Source: Octopus vulgaris (lineage: Eukaryota). From it: DNA of 64,000 bases. The translations under genes were made by a program, and so were the position numbers. The notes under the pieces are model-generated. The model had not been told where the DNA came from and did not search any database. It was given only the letters and a program-made list of their open reading frames with translations. Positions 39,924-54,593 of the stretch are shown here, piece after piece; within the stretch, counting starts at the first letter, position 1; the number at the start of each line of letters is the position of its first letter. The DNA is taken from contig OX597816.1 in the NCBI GenBank assembly GCA_951406725.2, forward strand, positions 102,176,001 through 102,240,000, given 5' to 3'.

Positions 39924-40307
39924 ACCCAGTAATAACAAGTACAGAGTTGATAGTCGTGACTTTAAGCCTTACTATTAAAGTTTGCCTGATATTCATAAAC
40001 AAATTCTCCTCTAATTTCGTATTTCCAAAGCATCCAGCAGATAATTCATTCCCCTCTCTCGGGGAAAGAAAATTAAGGTAAATACTTGTGTTATATACAT
40101 GTATAATAGATCATCATCATCATCATCATTTAACACCCACTTTTCCTTCCTTGCTTGGACCAGATGGAATTTGCTTAGGCGGATTTTCTACAGCCAGGTG
40201 TCTTTCTTGTCATCAAACCATTCCTGTTTCCAATGCTTGTATGACAGTGATGCTTCTACTAATCATCACATGATGTCAAGATACATTTACATGCATATAC
40301 ACACCAA

Positions 40308-40371
<64 letters not shown>

Positions 40372-40466
40372 AGTTCAGCAAAAATTTAGATTCAAATGAA
40401 TATGGTACTTAATTTAGATGCACCAGAATTTTGTATGGCGTTATCCATAAAAATTTGCTGGGTGAT

Positions 40467-41181
40467 TATAATCAAAATAAGCAACAAGAATGACTCCGGT
40501 AATTTGGTACAATTGTTTCACACTACATCATTTTATTAAATGTTGTAAGTATTACAACAAATTTAAGATGCTGAGTACTCATCAACCAATTATAGAGGTT
40601 TTCCATTAATACAAAAGTTTTCAAATCAAGTGGCAACATTATAGAGAAGGTAGATATACAGACAAAGATGTAGATTTAAATTTTAAGAACATATGAGGTA
40701 GTGAAGTCCTTCCACTGACTGACCAAGATATGGCTGTTCCTAACTGCTATAAGGTTAGAAGTAATAAAGATTTTTTAATTGTAGGAATGGGGTAAAGGAG
40801 GTTTCAGAATACCATAATAGGAATTCATGTTGAAGACAGTAGTTGCCACTAACAAAATGCCAATTACTACTATTTGGTGAGAGAAACTAGGCCAGTGTCA
40901 AATGGTCATTAATTCCATTTACAGAGAGTGTAAATTAGAGAAAAAATTACCTCATATGTTCTTAGAGTTTAAATCTACATCTTTGTCTGTATATCTACCT
41001 TCTCTATAATGTTGCCACTTGATTTGAAAACTTTTGTATTAATGGAAAGCCTCTATAATTGGCTGATGAGTACTCAGCATCTTAAACCTGTTGTAATACT
41101 TACAACATTTAATAAAATGATGTAGTGCGAAGCAATTGTACCAAATTACCGGAGTCATTCTTGTTGCTTATTTTGATTATA
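40467..41181. repeat. Long inverted repeat, arms 40467-40700 and 40948-41181 (~234 bp)
   Basis: Arms are reverse complements with only scattered mismatches; flanked by (TA)n. Confidence 0.92.
41059..41144 (+). ncRNA. Type I hammerhead with large loop II, A15.1>G variant (mirror copy in the left arm)
   Basis: TTGG-CTGATGA-GTACT-[49 nt]-AGTGC-GAA-GC aatt GT-A-CCAA. The inverted copy at ~40505-40590 keeps GAAAC but has TTGATGA. Confidence 0.6.
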
Positions 41182-41609
41182 TATATATATATACACACTT
41201 ATGTATAAGTTGCACTATCATATACTTGATTCTAACTCAAAATACTAGGGTGCAACGTCCGTTTTCCATGCTGGCATGGGTTGGACTGTTTGACAAATCT
41301 GGAGAGCCCATGGCTGCACCAGTCTCCAATCTGATCTGGCAATGTTTCTATAGTTGGATGCCCTTCCTAACACCAACCACTCTGAGAGTGTAGTGGGTGC
41401 TTTTTATGTGCCACTGACACAGGAGCCTGTCAGGCAGGCCAGGCATTGATCATGTTCGGATTGTGCTTTTTACGTGCCACCAGCATGGTAGCCAGTCAGG
41501 CACTGGGCACAGCTATGATATTGGTTTTACTTGACACATCTTCCCGAGTATATCATGTTGCATGACACATCAGGGGAGCTCTTAACTGGGCTGGACATGT
41601 GTGGCTGTG

Positions 41610-42235
41610 ATCTCACTTTAGTTGCTGGGTCTTCTCAATCACAGCATATCTCCAAAGGTCTCGGTCTCCTGTCATTGCCTCTGTGAGGCCCAATGTTCGA
41701 AGGTCATACTTCACCACTTCATCCCATGGCTTCTTGGGTCTACTTCTTCCACAATTCCACAGGTTTCTTCCACAGTTAGGGAATGACACTTCCTTACACA
41801 GCTGTCCTCATCCACATGTAATACATGACCTTACCAGCGCAGTCATCTCTCTTGCACACCACATTTGATGCTTCTTATGCCCAACTTTTCTCTCACATAC
41901 ACTCTGTTGTGTATGCACACTGACATTACACATCCAGCGGATCATACTAGCTTCATTTTTTTTAGGCTACGCATGTCCTCAGCATGAACTGCCATGTAGC
42001 ATGGCAGTTCACACACATGCATCATACAGTCTACCTTTCATCCTGAGCGAGAGGCCCTTAGTTGCCTGCAGATGTAGGAGCTCCCTGAGCTTTGCCCAGG
42101 CTATTCTTATTCTAGCTGCTACACTCTCAGAGCAACCACCCCCACTACAGACTTGGTTGCCTAGGTAGCAGAAGCTATTAATTACTTCTTGTTTCTATCC
42201 CAGGAACATGATGGAATCTGTTTTCTGTACTGGAA
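41610..42235 (-). mobile_element. Decayed RTE 3' fragment
   Basis: Reverse complement matches the 20110-20700 RTE segment, with stops and frameshifts. Confidence 0.8.
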
Positions 42236-42497
42236 TATATATATATATATATATATATATATTACATATTCTTTTACATGTTTCAGTCATTTGACTGTGA
42301 CCATGCTGGAGTACCACCTTTAGTCGAACAAATCGACCCCAGGACTTATTCTTTGTATGCCTTGTCCTTATTTTATCGGTCTCTTTTGCCGAACTGCTAA
42401 GTTTCGAGGACATAAAAACACCAACATCAGTTGTCAAGTGATGGTGGGGTGGGGGTGGGTCTAACACAGACACACACACATAAATATATATATATAC

Positions 42498-42553
<56 letters not shown>

Positions 42554-42704
42554 GACAGGCTTCTTTCAGTTTCCATCTATCAAATCCACTTACAAGGCTT
42601 TGGTCAGCCGGAGGCTATAGTAGAAGACACTTGTCCAAGGTGCCACACAGTGAGACTGAACTCAGAACCATTTGGTTCAGAAGCAAGTTCTTACCACATA
42701 GCCA

Positions 42705-42773
<69 letters not shown>

Positions 42774-42779
42774 GTGTAT

Positions 42780-43830
42780 CATCATCATCATTTAATGTCT
42801 GTTGGATAGTTTGACCAGGGCTGGCAAACTGGAAGGCTGCACCAGACTCCAATCTGATTTGGCATGGTTTCTATGGCTGGATGCTCTTCCTAATGCCAAC
42901 CTCTTTTACGTCTCACCTGCACAGTTGCCATTTGTGTGACACCAGTATCTGCCATTACTGATTTTGCTCAGCTTGATGGGTCTTCTCAAGCACGATACAA
43001 TGCCAAAGGTATCAGTCATTGCCTCTGAGAGGCACAACACTCGAAAGGGACTCAGCCACTTAGCTTTTGTGAGGCCCAATGCTTGAAAAGAACTTGCCTC
43101 CATGAGGCCCAATACTTGAAAGGAACTCAGCCACTTTGCCTCCATGAAGCCCAACGCTCGAATGGTGCTCTTTACGCACCACCAGCATAGGTGCCAGTTA
43201 CATGTCACCATCATCAGTCATGACTACGATTTCACTTGGCTTGATAGGTCTTCTTCTCAAGCACAACATATTGTCAAAGGTCCCAGTCGCTAATCATTGC
43301 CTGTGTGAGGCTCAAAGTTCAAAGATCATGCTTCACCATCCCTTCCCATGTCTTCATGGATCTACCTCTACTATAGATTCCCTCCACAGTTAGAGATTGG
43401 CACTTCTTTACACAGCTATCCTCATCCATATGTATCACATGACCATATCAGCTCAATTGTCTTTCTTGCACATCTCTCAAGATGCTTACACTCTGTTGAA
43501 CATGCACACTGACATTGCACATCCAGTGAAGCATACTGGCTTCATTTCTTTCAAGCCTAAGCATGTCCTCAGCTGTCACAGCCCATGTTTCACTGCCATG
43601 TAACATAGCTGTTTGCACACAGGCATCATACAATCTGATTTTATTCCGAGAGATAGGCCCCTTGTTGCCAGTAGAGGTAGGAGCTTTCTGAACTTTGCCC
43701 AGCTTAATCTTCTCACAGCTACACTCTCAGAGCATCCACCTCTGCTACTAACTTGGTCACCTAGATAACAAGCTATCTACTACCTCTCGCTTGCTCCCAC
43801 TAGCAGTTGATGGTGTCTATTTACTGCACA
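42780..43830 (-). mobile_element. Decayed RTE 3' fragment with 3' UTR
   Basis: ORF 43448-43633 MYDACVQTAMLHGSETWAV...; 3' UTR carries ~42-bp tandem units at 43020-43160. Confidence 0.8.
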
Positions 43831-46800
43831 TTTTATATATCATATTTACTGCACATATATCATATTTACTTGTGTATAAGTCACATTATTATTAATTGTG
43901 CTTGATTCTAACTGAAAATATTGGGGTGTGACTGATATTCAAGTGTTTATAATCATCATTTGACAGTTTGACAGGTTGTAGTGAGTTAGAGGACTGCAGA
44001 GAATTCTAATGTCCTTCCTAGTACCAACCACTTTGCAGTGTATATTGGGTTCTTTCTTGGAAGACAGAAAAAGAAGAAGCACTCTTGGCTGAGTGGGTTT
44101 GAAGTAGATGGGGAACTAGCTTTATGCCAGGTGTTGAACTGCTACAATATGATAGAAGGACAGGCACAGGGGTTTTACTATTGAAGAGATACATGTCAAC
44201 CTTGCATTAGATTGAAGTAGGTGAGAGTAACTGGAAAGAAGATAATGATGTTGGTGATGAGGTATCAGTATACTTTCAAGGTGAATATGAGAGAAAATAT
44301 ATCAGGAGGAGGGAGGAGTAGGTGGATATGTTCATAGAAATGTGAGGGGAGAGTGACAGATGATTAAAGTTGGGGGTTAGAGGTTAATGTTGTGATTGAT
44401 GTGCAAGAGTGGAGTGTGATTGATGGGAAATATCAGTGTAGGGGTGAGAGTAACAGAAGTAGTTCAGGTAAGTGGAGGTGATAAGTGGCACTGCAGGTAG
44501 TTTGGAGAGCAGCAGTATAAAGAAATCTGTTGATAGACCAGTAAATGGGGAGATGATGTGCTGAGTGGGTGAGTAGTGTGTGAGATGTACAAGAACAGAG
44601 ATGGAGGTTAGAGATATGTAAGTGGTAGCTATAGTGAGTAGGGGTGTGGTGAAGATGGTGGTATTTGTCGGGGACGTTGAAAACAGCGATGAAAGGGTGT
44701 TGAGAGTGATTGCAGATATAAAAGAGTGTTAAAAATGAGGATGAGGTGAGGAGTCACAGGAAGGAGTGATCAGTGGAAAATAAAGGATGGTATTTAGAAT
44801 CAGGGATGAATGTTTAAAGGAAGTGGTTTCAGGGACAGGGGGAGGTAACTGGTTGCACAAAGGGTAGGGAATATGTGCAGATTCTGCAGTCATGATTATA
44901 GCCGTTGGATAGTGACATTGTTGGAAGAGTGATGGAGGGATGGGTGTTAGGAAGAGCTTGACATGGGCAGATTGAGTGCAGGGATTATAGAACCTTACTT
45001 TTGCGGTAACATTTTATTGAGCACAGTCAAATGCCAATCATTGCAGTTCTTTTGCTATCTCCACCTTGAGGATCGACATCTTGAGATCAACCATCACTAT
45101 TTCATCCCATGTCTTTCAAGGTTTCTTGCTTCCACAAGTTCCATCCACTTTAAGCAATCAGCACTCCATTATGCAGCTGTCCTCATCCATATGCATCACA
45201 TCACCACATCAGTACAGTTTTCTGTCTTGCATACTACAGCTGATTCTTCTTATGTACAATTATTCTCTTAACACATGTATTTTGTTGTACATGCACTCTG
45301 ATATTGCATTGGAGCATATCAGCTTCATTCCTCTCAAGTCTTTTGCATGTCCTCTGTATTCACAGCGTATGTCTGACTGCCATGTAGCATTGGTGTGTGT
45401 ACACAAGCATCATAGTCTGCCTTGCACTTTGAGGGTGATACCTTTTGTAAGCAACAAAGATGATAACTCTATTCTTATTCTATCAGAATAGGATGGAGAA
45501 AGTTCATATATATATATAATCACCATTTGTGTATCATACTTAATGTATACACACTATTAGAAGGCATGAAACTGTGGAATTGTCTGAAATAAAATCTCAT
45601 CGTAGATGTGTTAAAAACACACTATATATCAGAGTGAGATGAACATTGTTGCTGTAGTGACTCATGAGAATGAGACTGTTTTGCCTTTGTTAAGGTTTGT
45701 GAATGCTTTACACTCAATTGTTTCCTACTTTAACAAAATATATGCTTTGATATATAAGAAGCAGTGAATATAACACTGGTATTGCAGAAGCTTGCCAGGC
45801 AGTAGAGAAGCTCGCTACATGCAGTTGAAACAGTTTTCAATTAGTCACTATCTGTCTATCATACTAATTGTATATTCACCATTAGAAGGCATAATGCTGT
45901 GGAATTGTCTGAGATAAAATCTCTTCACAGACCTGTTGTGTTAAAAACACAATATATATTAAAGCAAGATGATATACGTACAGTTAATGTCTATCAGTTT
46001 CACTCACATTGGTCAGCTCAAGGCTATAATAGACAATACTTGCTCATGGTGTCTCAGAGTAGGAATGAACCCAAAAAAGTGTAGTTGTGAAGCAAAATTC
46101 TTAACCACATAGTCTTGACTGCACCTCACAGCACAGAGGATGAAATAGTTCTGGCAGTCCAACAAGGTGCCAGGAGTAGCTGGTATTTCAATAGATCTGC
46201 TATAAATTATATTAGATGGAACGATTTTGTCTGCCATACTTACTATTACAGCTGAGAAGAAACACCTATGCCACAATGGTGGATTGGTGGAGTTCTTGTC
46301 TCAATATACAAAATCCAAAGATTAAATTTGTATTTGTCATTTATCCTGTATTATTCTCTTGGAGTTTGTTGCAAAAGTTTCACAGGACTACTTTTGAATT
46401 GGTTATTGAAAGATATTTACCCATCAATGCTACTCCCAAGCACAATTTGGTTTTAAATATTATATTGGAGTACAGTGGACATGATTTTCTCAGTAAGACA
46501 ATTAAAAGAAAAAATATATTGAACTGTGTCTTAGATATTACAATAGCTTGGGATTCAAGGGGCCATAGCTCTTCAGTATCTTCCTGAAGTAGTTGTGAGA
46601 TCTACATGGGGTGGATGTAGATGTCTTCAAAATGGTACTAGGTCTCCCACTATCAAGAGTCCCAGATCAGCCATCTTTCACAGCAGGAAGTGTAAGTGAA
46701 GGCAGCAACATCAAACTCTGTTATTTACCAAAAGTCAACTATTAAAGGAGGATTAATGAAGGTTTGGCAACACAAATTCATGGTGTTCCAGCCTGACCAT

Positions 46801-48057
46801 TACTCTCAAGATGAAACTAGTAAAAGAGGAAAAGGGAGCATTTTCTGTCAAAAGTGCATGGTTAGTTACTGCTCTATGATGTTTGACATTATATCCTGCC
46901 ATTTATTTACCAGTTTCAGTCCTTGGATGAACACTGATAAATGAATATTAGGGCTGATGTAATCAACTATAGTATTTTTTCATCAACTTTTGAGTGTTGA
47001 AATTTGAAGATGACTTAGAAGAGATTTGAAATCAGAACAAGGGAAGTAACCAGATATCACTAAGTGTTTTTCTCAATGCTCTACCAATTTTGCCATCCAC
47101 CTGTCTCAATGGATAAATTTGATAATGTATAATGATGTCTAGAAAATACACACTAGGGTGGATGTAATTGTTATAGAAACCATTGGCATTGCTGTAAAAT
47201 GATTAATTAACATTCAATACTGAATTTAAATCCTTTGGCTGCAGCCCTGAGAAAGAGGAGTTCAGTATGACTTATTTCATCAAGATACACTATCTGATTA
47301 TAGTCTCCAGAGGGCCACGTCTATCACCCAGTGAGCTGAGGAACTTGCTATTTGGTAATTGCAAAGATAATCGTAATCAGGAAGATAACATTCTTTCATG
47401 TTTTTATCTTTATAAATAGAAATTACATTCTCAACGATTCACAAAAGAAAAATGATTTTTCTTGTGAATTATGTGAAATTGAACCTGCACTTTAATCCTT
47501 GGTAATTATATTTTTTGGAGAGGCCACTAGTTTATTGAAAGCAATATAACTGCAATGAACTTAGTAGCTGTTCTTCAACAGTTTGGTGAAATAGGTGCAT
47601 GTAGATTTAAGCATTTTTACCTGAGAAAATAAAAATCCTTTCAGTAAATATAAAAACATGGATATCCACTCCATTTTCACATGGTAATGTAACGTTTCCA
47701 ACCTATTTTTTTTTTATTAACGCCTCTACTACTATTGAATACCGCCTGGAGTTACGTCCCCTTAACCTTGTTAAAATATTACCCCTACGAAATGAACTAC
47801 TTAACTGTTCTTGAGCAGGAGTATCAACCTTTTCAGAATGTGATAGAGTAAGAATTATAACATTCATTCCATTTTCAAGGACATTAGTGTTGTTTGTAAA
47901 CCACAGCTTATTCGCACTTTTTCTTCACTATTCTACTCGCTAACCATTAGATATTTTTTATTATATATCTCCTTAACATTCTGTGTTCAAGCTCCACCAG
48001 TGTCTCTTTTTTTTTTTTGTCATTGAGTTGATAAATATATATGGGATGACCCAAGTA

Positions 48058-49337
48058 TTGGGTCATCCCATATATAATGCGTTTTTTTTTAGACTTCTTT
48101 TATTTTTCAAAACCAAGATAAAAAAGGTTCTTTTTTAATCTAAAATATACTCTCCTTCATTTTCTACAATACTCTTCCATCTATCTGGTAGACTTGCAAG
48201 GCTCCTCTTCCAAAATTCACTTGTCCATGACGAAAAATACTCCTCTAGTACTGTTCTGACCACGTCTACAGAATTCATATTTTTTCCGTCCAAATGATTG
48301 TGAAGACTGCAGAATAAATGATAATCAGATGGGGCAATGTCTAGCAATCGTTTCCCATTCATCGTTTCCCATTCAAACTGCTCCAGCCTTTGGAATGTCA
48401 TCCTTGCTGTATGTGGCTGAGCATTATCTTGATGGAAGAACACCTTTTGTCTTGAAACCAAAGATAGTCGTTTTCTTCTAGCACTGTCTTAAGCCATTCA
48501 AGCTGCTTGCAGTAGATCTCCTTTGTTATCATTTGGTTTGGGTTTAAAGATTCAAAGTGGACTAAACCTTTCATATCCCACCAAAGAGAAAACAATACCT
48601 TATGTGGGCGAAGACTTTCTTTAGCCTGGGCTGCTGGTGTTTCTCCTTTTCCAACTCACTGTCTTGACATTTTTATTGACATTTTTATTGAGAACCCATT
48701 TCTTGTCACCAGTCACTATTTGGTCCAAAAAAGGTTCATTTGTGAGACGTGACAGCAAAAAAGAGCACGTATCCGCACTTTGCGCGCGATAAGACTCGGG
48801 AAGTTTGTGAGCAACCCATTGACCCAATTTGCTGATTATTCCGATGGTACGCAGGTGTCGATGAATGGTTGAATGACCGAATCCAAGCTTCTCTGCTAGT
48901 TCCTCAACAGTTGCGATGGGATTTGTTCCACCAGGATGTCCGTGTCAAGCTTTACAGATCTTCCAGGATGAGGCTTGTCTTCTAGGCTGTAGTTTCTGCC
49001 TCAGAATTTCTGGAACCACTGTTGACACTGGCTTATGGTTGTTGTCTGATCCCCATATACTGCATTACTATTCCTTGCACTTTCCGTTGTGTTGTTGCCT
49101 TTATTGAACTCATAAAGCAAAATATGCCGAATATGCTCCTTTGTCACTTCTAGTATAGTTTTGAAAAAATAACCATTAAATCGAACTGCACTCTTCAGAA
49201 GTTGCACTAAGAATAAGGACACGGTAAAATTACTACCTGCTTTTATAGTAAGTTGATATAGGTAGTATTTTTCTAATCCCTCTCCAACTTTTAGTTCATG
49301 GAATTTCAAAAACTGCATTATTTATGGGATGACCCAG
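48058..49337 (-). mobile_element. Mariner DNA transposon, full length but inactivated
   Basis: TIRs (t/c)tgggtcatcccata.ataatgc flanked by TA at 48056-57 and 49338-39; 1280 bp. Transposase fragments WVAHKL, IVTGDKKW, HQDNAQPH and DIAPSDYHLF are split by frameshifts. Confidence 0.93.
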
Positions 49338-51319
49338 TAGTAAGATCAACCAAATTGTCAGTCTCCGAAAATGTTTGAAATTATTTTTTTTTGTCAGGAA
49401 TAGTTGTTAAATATTTTGGTTTCATATTTGGTTTGCAAGATCCTTAATGCGAATTCATATGTTAAAAACAAATCTTATATCTTGAGAGGGTCATTACGCC
49501 AGTAATATTAAGATAGTAGTTAGACTTAATGCTATTTAGGGTTGACTTTGTCTTGCATCCCTTTTGGGTTTGATGAGTAAGGCAAGATAATAAAGATAAT
49601 AGCCCATTACGATGGTAACGAGGAATATTAGAAAATGAGTAAACGATACAGGGTTATTGATTGAGCATGTGTGCTTATGATGGTCTGAGTTTGGGTGAAT
49701 AAGTGTTGTGTCAATAGCATTGAAGTACAATATTTTCAGCCAAATTTTTGACCTTATTGCAAGCTCACCGGTTCTTCCTCTAGACATTGAGACAAAGAAA
49801 ATGATATACTAACCTCAAAAATGGTTGGGGTGGCACTTACGACACTCTGTTACTAAACGCCTCAATTAAACAAGACCTAGAAGTTAATTATTTGGAATGT
49901 GGCACATGTGACTCTAAATTTCAGTTGTCAATGTTCTTTTTCTTTTATTGGCTATAAAGGCCCAAGATATTGTGGGCCGTGCAAGGATAAAGTATAATAT
50001 AAAACAGTAGGATTTACAGTGAGTAAAAAAGCAAAATAATAACTAAATTTCACAATAAAATAAGAAGAATGAAAGGTTGTTCATTTGTAGGGATGTCCAT
50101 CAAGAGCCTAGCAAAGTACTCCAGAGATCCAGGATTACTTTGCCTTCTATTAACTGTCATCTTGTGGGTCTTCAAACCCAAGCTGAGTGTAGTCCTAATC
50201 ACTTTAGTCATGCTCACCATTCTCATCCATCTTTCATCAAATTTACTTAAGAGTAACACCTCCATCTTCACTTTCATCTTCTTTAAATTTGAACTATAAA
50301 AAGTCATTGAGGGCTTACTTGGAGAGGTAAGTGTCTGTTCTGTCATATCTACCATAACTTCTTACATTATAGCTGTCTCACAGAGGAAAATGTCTTTTGG
50401 CTCTATCCCCAACCAAAGAAAGGTAGCATAGCAATCATCACAATGGACTTGACTTGTTAGCATCAGCTCTTTAACAAAACTCAACATGCCAACATTGCTT
50501 GGACACTAAATGAGTTACTTGTAGAAAGTTTTTTTTTTACTTTGTGTACATCTCTGACAGATCTGGCAACTACACTTCTGTGCCTGTAGAATTTATCTTC
50601 AATGGGCAGAGTGCCCCCAGTAGTACTGCCATCAAGGGATTTTTAGTTGTCCATAGTTTTGGGGTTGAAACTCTTCTGGCTCAGATAAGCCAGTTGATTC
50701 TTGTTGATGCCTAGGATGCCTAGAGTTTCCACAAGAACTTTATTGGTCTTCCTCATTATTAGTCTTTAACAACCACTGATACATTACCTGACTTGTAGGC
50801 ATGACTCCACAAATTTTAGGGAAGAGGTATTGTAGATTATATTGACTTGAGTACTTAACTTTGGATGGATGAAAATACTGATTATAATACTCTTGAGATA
50901 GGCATGAATATCACAGCATTCAAGTGTTTGGTTGTCTGAAAATTTCAACTTTCATTTTAAGGCACATTTGTTATTGTCATTTTGTGTTAGAATGCTCATG
51001 AGATTAAACAAAAAATGGGACCACTGATCACTAGATCTTATAAACAAAACTCTCTACTTTCACTGATTACTGCTTTTTGTAGAAAGGACATCCACATATA
51101 AAAATATTTGCAACAACAAGTACAATATGCTGCCAATACAAGCAAGAAAAAATGAGTGTAAAATTGTGAAGCTATCCAAAAGAATAAAATTGGACTTGAT
51201 GTTCTTAGAGAATTCTGTGCATCCCTGAGATCAAATATGTCAGAAGTCAGTTATGACATTTATTCAATCCACAGACACATTCTTTTTCCTGAAAAATAAA
51301 AATAATATTTATGTTTCAG

Positions 51320-51499
51320 CTGAGTCAAGGTTCATTAGTGACTGTATCCCCATCATTGGTGAAGCGCCGAAAGACTCATTTCCATAATTTACCATGTGGT
51401 GCACACATTATTCTTGGAAACAATGGTTACATCTGGATAGCCCCAATCTCTCCAGAGGAGGATGAAGAGTCTGGTGGAGGTTATGAACAAAATCTGTCT
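51320..51499 (+). CDS. EXOSC2: RRP4 coding exon 6 (KH domain)
   Basis: tttcag acceptor; LSQGSLVTVSPSLVKRRKTHFHNLPCGAHIILGNNGYIWIAPISPEEDEESGGGYEQNLS contains the GNNG KH motif; donor gtaagt. Confidence 0.97.
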
Positions 51500-52309
51500 G
51501 TAAGTATCATTTTCTTTAAATGTTGGTGATTGATAATGATGATGAATAAAGACAACGTGCATTTTCCATGCTGACATGAATTGGATAGCTTGACAGGAAC
51601 TGACAAGGTCAGGGTCCACACCAGTCCCATAGCCTGTTTTTGCATGTTTTTTTACAAGCTGGATGTCCTTCTTAATGCCAACCATTTTTTAGAATGTGCT
51701 GGGTGCTTTTTATGTGGCACCAGCACCCACACCAATGCTTTTTATACGATACCTTGGTTTTAGGATTTAAAGTGTGTTGTAGTGGGTGGGTCTTCTTGAG
51801 TATAGTAATGTGCCACATATTCCGGTCCTCTGTCATATCCTTTGTAAGGCTTGGCATATTGGATGTATGATTGTTTTGTTAACTCAATAAATGATATATT
51901 TACTATCATAATTTTAATGTTCATTATTTCATGCTCTCATGGGTTGGATAGAATTTGATAAGGCTGATTTCCTACAACTAGATGTCCTTCCTGTCACCAA
52001 TTTTCACCTGTTTTCAAGTAAGGTAATATTTTTCCATGGTTAGACATGTTTTTCATGGAAGATTGGAAATGAAGGAGACCACTTGCATGGCAGTAACACT
52101 CATTTGCAACTATTGCATTATGTCATGACAAGGAGATGGTAACACACACACATCCACAACAGGCTTCTTTCAAATTCCCCTTACTAGACATTGGTTGGCC
52201 TGGAGCTGTAGTAAAAGACACTTGTCCAAGGTATCACACAGTAGCACTGAATCTGAAACCATGCGGTTGAGAAACAAACTTCTTATCACACTGCCATGCC
52301 TGCACATCA

Positions 52310-54105
52310 TCATTATTGTCATCATTTAGTGTCTGTTTTCCATGCTGGCATGGGTTAGATGGTTTGACTAGAACTGGTAAGCTGGGGAGCTGCAGCAGGT
52401 TCCAGTTCGTTTTGGCTTGGTTTCTATAGCTGGATGCCATTCCTAATGCCAACCATTCCACAGAATGTTGTGGGTGCCTTTTATGTTTCACTGGCACTGA
52501 CCACAACTATGATTTCACTTAGCTTGATGCGTCTTCTCAAGCACAGCAAATCGCCAAAAGTCTAAGTCACTTGTCATCAACTCTGTAAGACTCAATATCC
52601 AAAGATCATATTTCACCATCTCATCCCATATCTTCCAAAGTCTCCCTCTTCCACAGTTTCCCTTGACATTAAGAGATCAGCACTTCTTTACACAGCTGTC
52701 CTCAAATATACGCATCACATGGTCATACCAGCACAGTCTTCTCTCTTGCATGCTACATCTGATACTTCTTATACCCAATTTTTCTCTTAAGACACTTACA
52801 CTCTGTCATACATAAACACTGACATTTCACATCCAGTGGAGCATACTAGCTTCATTTCTTTCAAGCCTTTGTATGTCCTCTGCAGTCACAGCCCATGTTT
52901 CACTGCCATGTAGCATGGCTGTTTGCACACAGATACCTCATAACCGGTCTTTCACTCTCAGGAAGAGGCTCTTTGTTACCAACAAAGGTTGCAGCTCTCT
53001 GAACTTCACCCAGCCTATTCTTATTCTAGCAGGCTCCACAATCAGAGCATCCACCTCCACTGCTTACTTGGTCACCTAGGTAATAGAAGCTATCTACTAT
53101 TTCTAAGAATCCCTCAGAGTATTTGACGAAGTCTGTTTTCTGTACATTTCTAGTGTTTATTGTACTTATACACCTGTCACACACAAAGACTACTGTTAAG
53201 CTTTGATACTGCTGTACCTTTTATGTATCCATAGCTTGCACCGGGTATACCTTATGGAGTTTTGACCTACATCTCTTCCACATATTGAGCAGAGCCATCT
53301 CCCTGAAGGGATTTGTGATTTGTCTGTTTTCCTACTTACTAATACTTTGGTCTTTGCTACATTAACTCTGAGGCCCTTTGATTCCAGACCTTGCTTCCAC
53401 ACCTGAAATTTCTTCTAGTTCTGGTAATGATCCAGCTATAAGAACAAAGTTATCTTCATAGAGGAGCTCCCAATGGCAGCCTGTCTGAAATTCTTTGGGG
53501 CTGAGAACTGATCCTTGTTGAATTCCTACTTTGTACACTGAATTCATTGCTATACTCTCTGCCAACTTTCACCATACTAACAGCATCTCTGTACTTGGCT
53601 TGTACAGCTCTCACCAACCACTCATCTATCCCTAGCTTCTGCATTGACAACCAAATAAGGGAGCAGAGGACCCTGTCAGAGGTTTTCTCCCATGTCAACA
53701 AAAACCAAGTACAGAGGTTTATTTTTGGCTAAGTACTTCTCTTGCTATTGCCTTAATAGGAATATAGCATCAATAGTGTTTCTCCTTGGCACAAGACCAA
53801 ACTGTATCTCATCTAGACTAACTCTTTTCCTAATTAGTTGATCTATGACTCTCTCTGTAACTTTCATCACCTGGTCCAACAATTTGATACCTCTGTAGCT
53901 ATTTCTGTCTAAGGCATCACCTTTATCTCTGTAACCGTTGACTATGGTGCTGCTGCACCAGTCATTGGGCATGACTCCCTTGTGGACGACCTAATTAACT
54001 GTATGTGTGACTAGACCATATCCTACTCTGCCAGATATTTTTTAGCATCTCAGCAGTGATTTCTGATGGGCTAGGGGCTTTCTTCATCTTCATATCCTTC
54101 ATCAC
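52310..54105 (-). mobile_element. Decayed RTE RT fragment (minus strand) in EXOSC2 intron 6
   Basis: ORF pieces PNDWCSS..YRGIKLLDQ, QQGSVLSP, WELLYED, GLRVN; 3' UTR and tail near 52310. Confidence 0.88.
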
Positions 54106-54593
54106 TTATATATATATATATATATATATACAATATATATATATATGGTCTCTCTTTCCAGCTCCATCCCCGTTACTTTCACCCACTCTTCTAAAATGTT
54201 AGTAGCCCTGCAGCTACAACAAAGAACCCATTTTGGACTACTTCTGTCGTACTTCAATTATTTCCTAGTATAAAACCACTGTCCTCTCCACTGTAGCTCC
54301 ACTCATTCAAAGCACCATTAACTTAGCAGACTTTCTCTAAAGGTGAATGATGCTTATGATGTTCCTTTGTCATTGTCAACATCAGAAATGCTGTAGGCCA
54401 ATGTTTGGTCAACTGAGGGCGCCTGACTTAGTGGTTAGGGTGTTGCACTCACAATTGCAAGAATGTGGTTTTGATTCCCAGAACAGGTGGGTGATCATTT
54501 CAACATCTGACACCTGACACATCATGTGCCTGTACAGGCAATATCAATTTGATGGAGGAAGCTAGCTAATGTACAGCGTAAACATTTGGTCAC

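Noticed and set aside
45530-45970. Diverged ~100-bp direct duplication
   Set aside because: An ordinary old local duplication with no structure or motif.
50050-50355. 101-aa ORF as a gene or Tc1-like transposase piece
   Set aside because: No splice support or diagnostic catalytic motif; the similarity is too weak to call.
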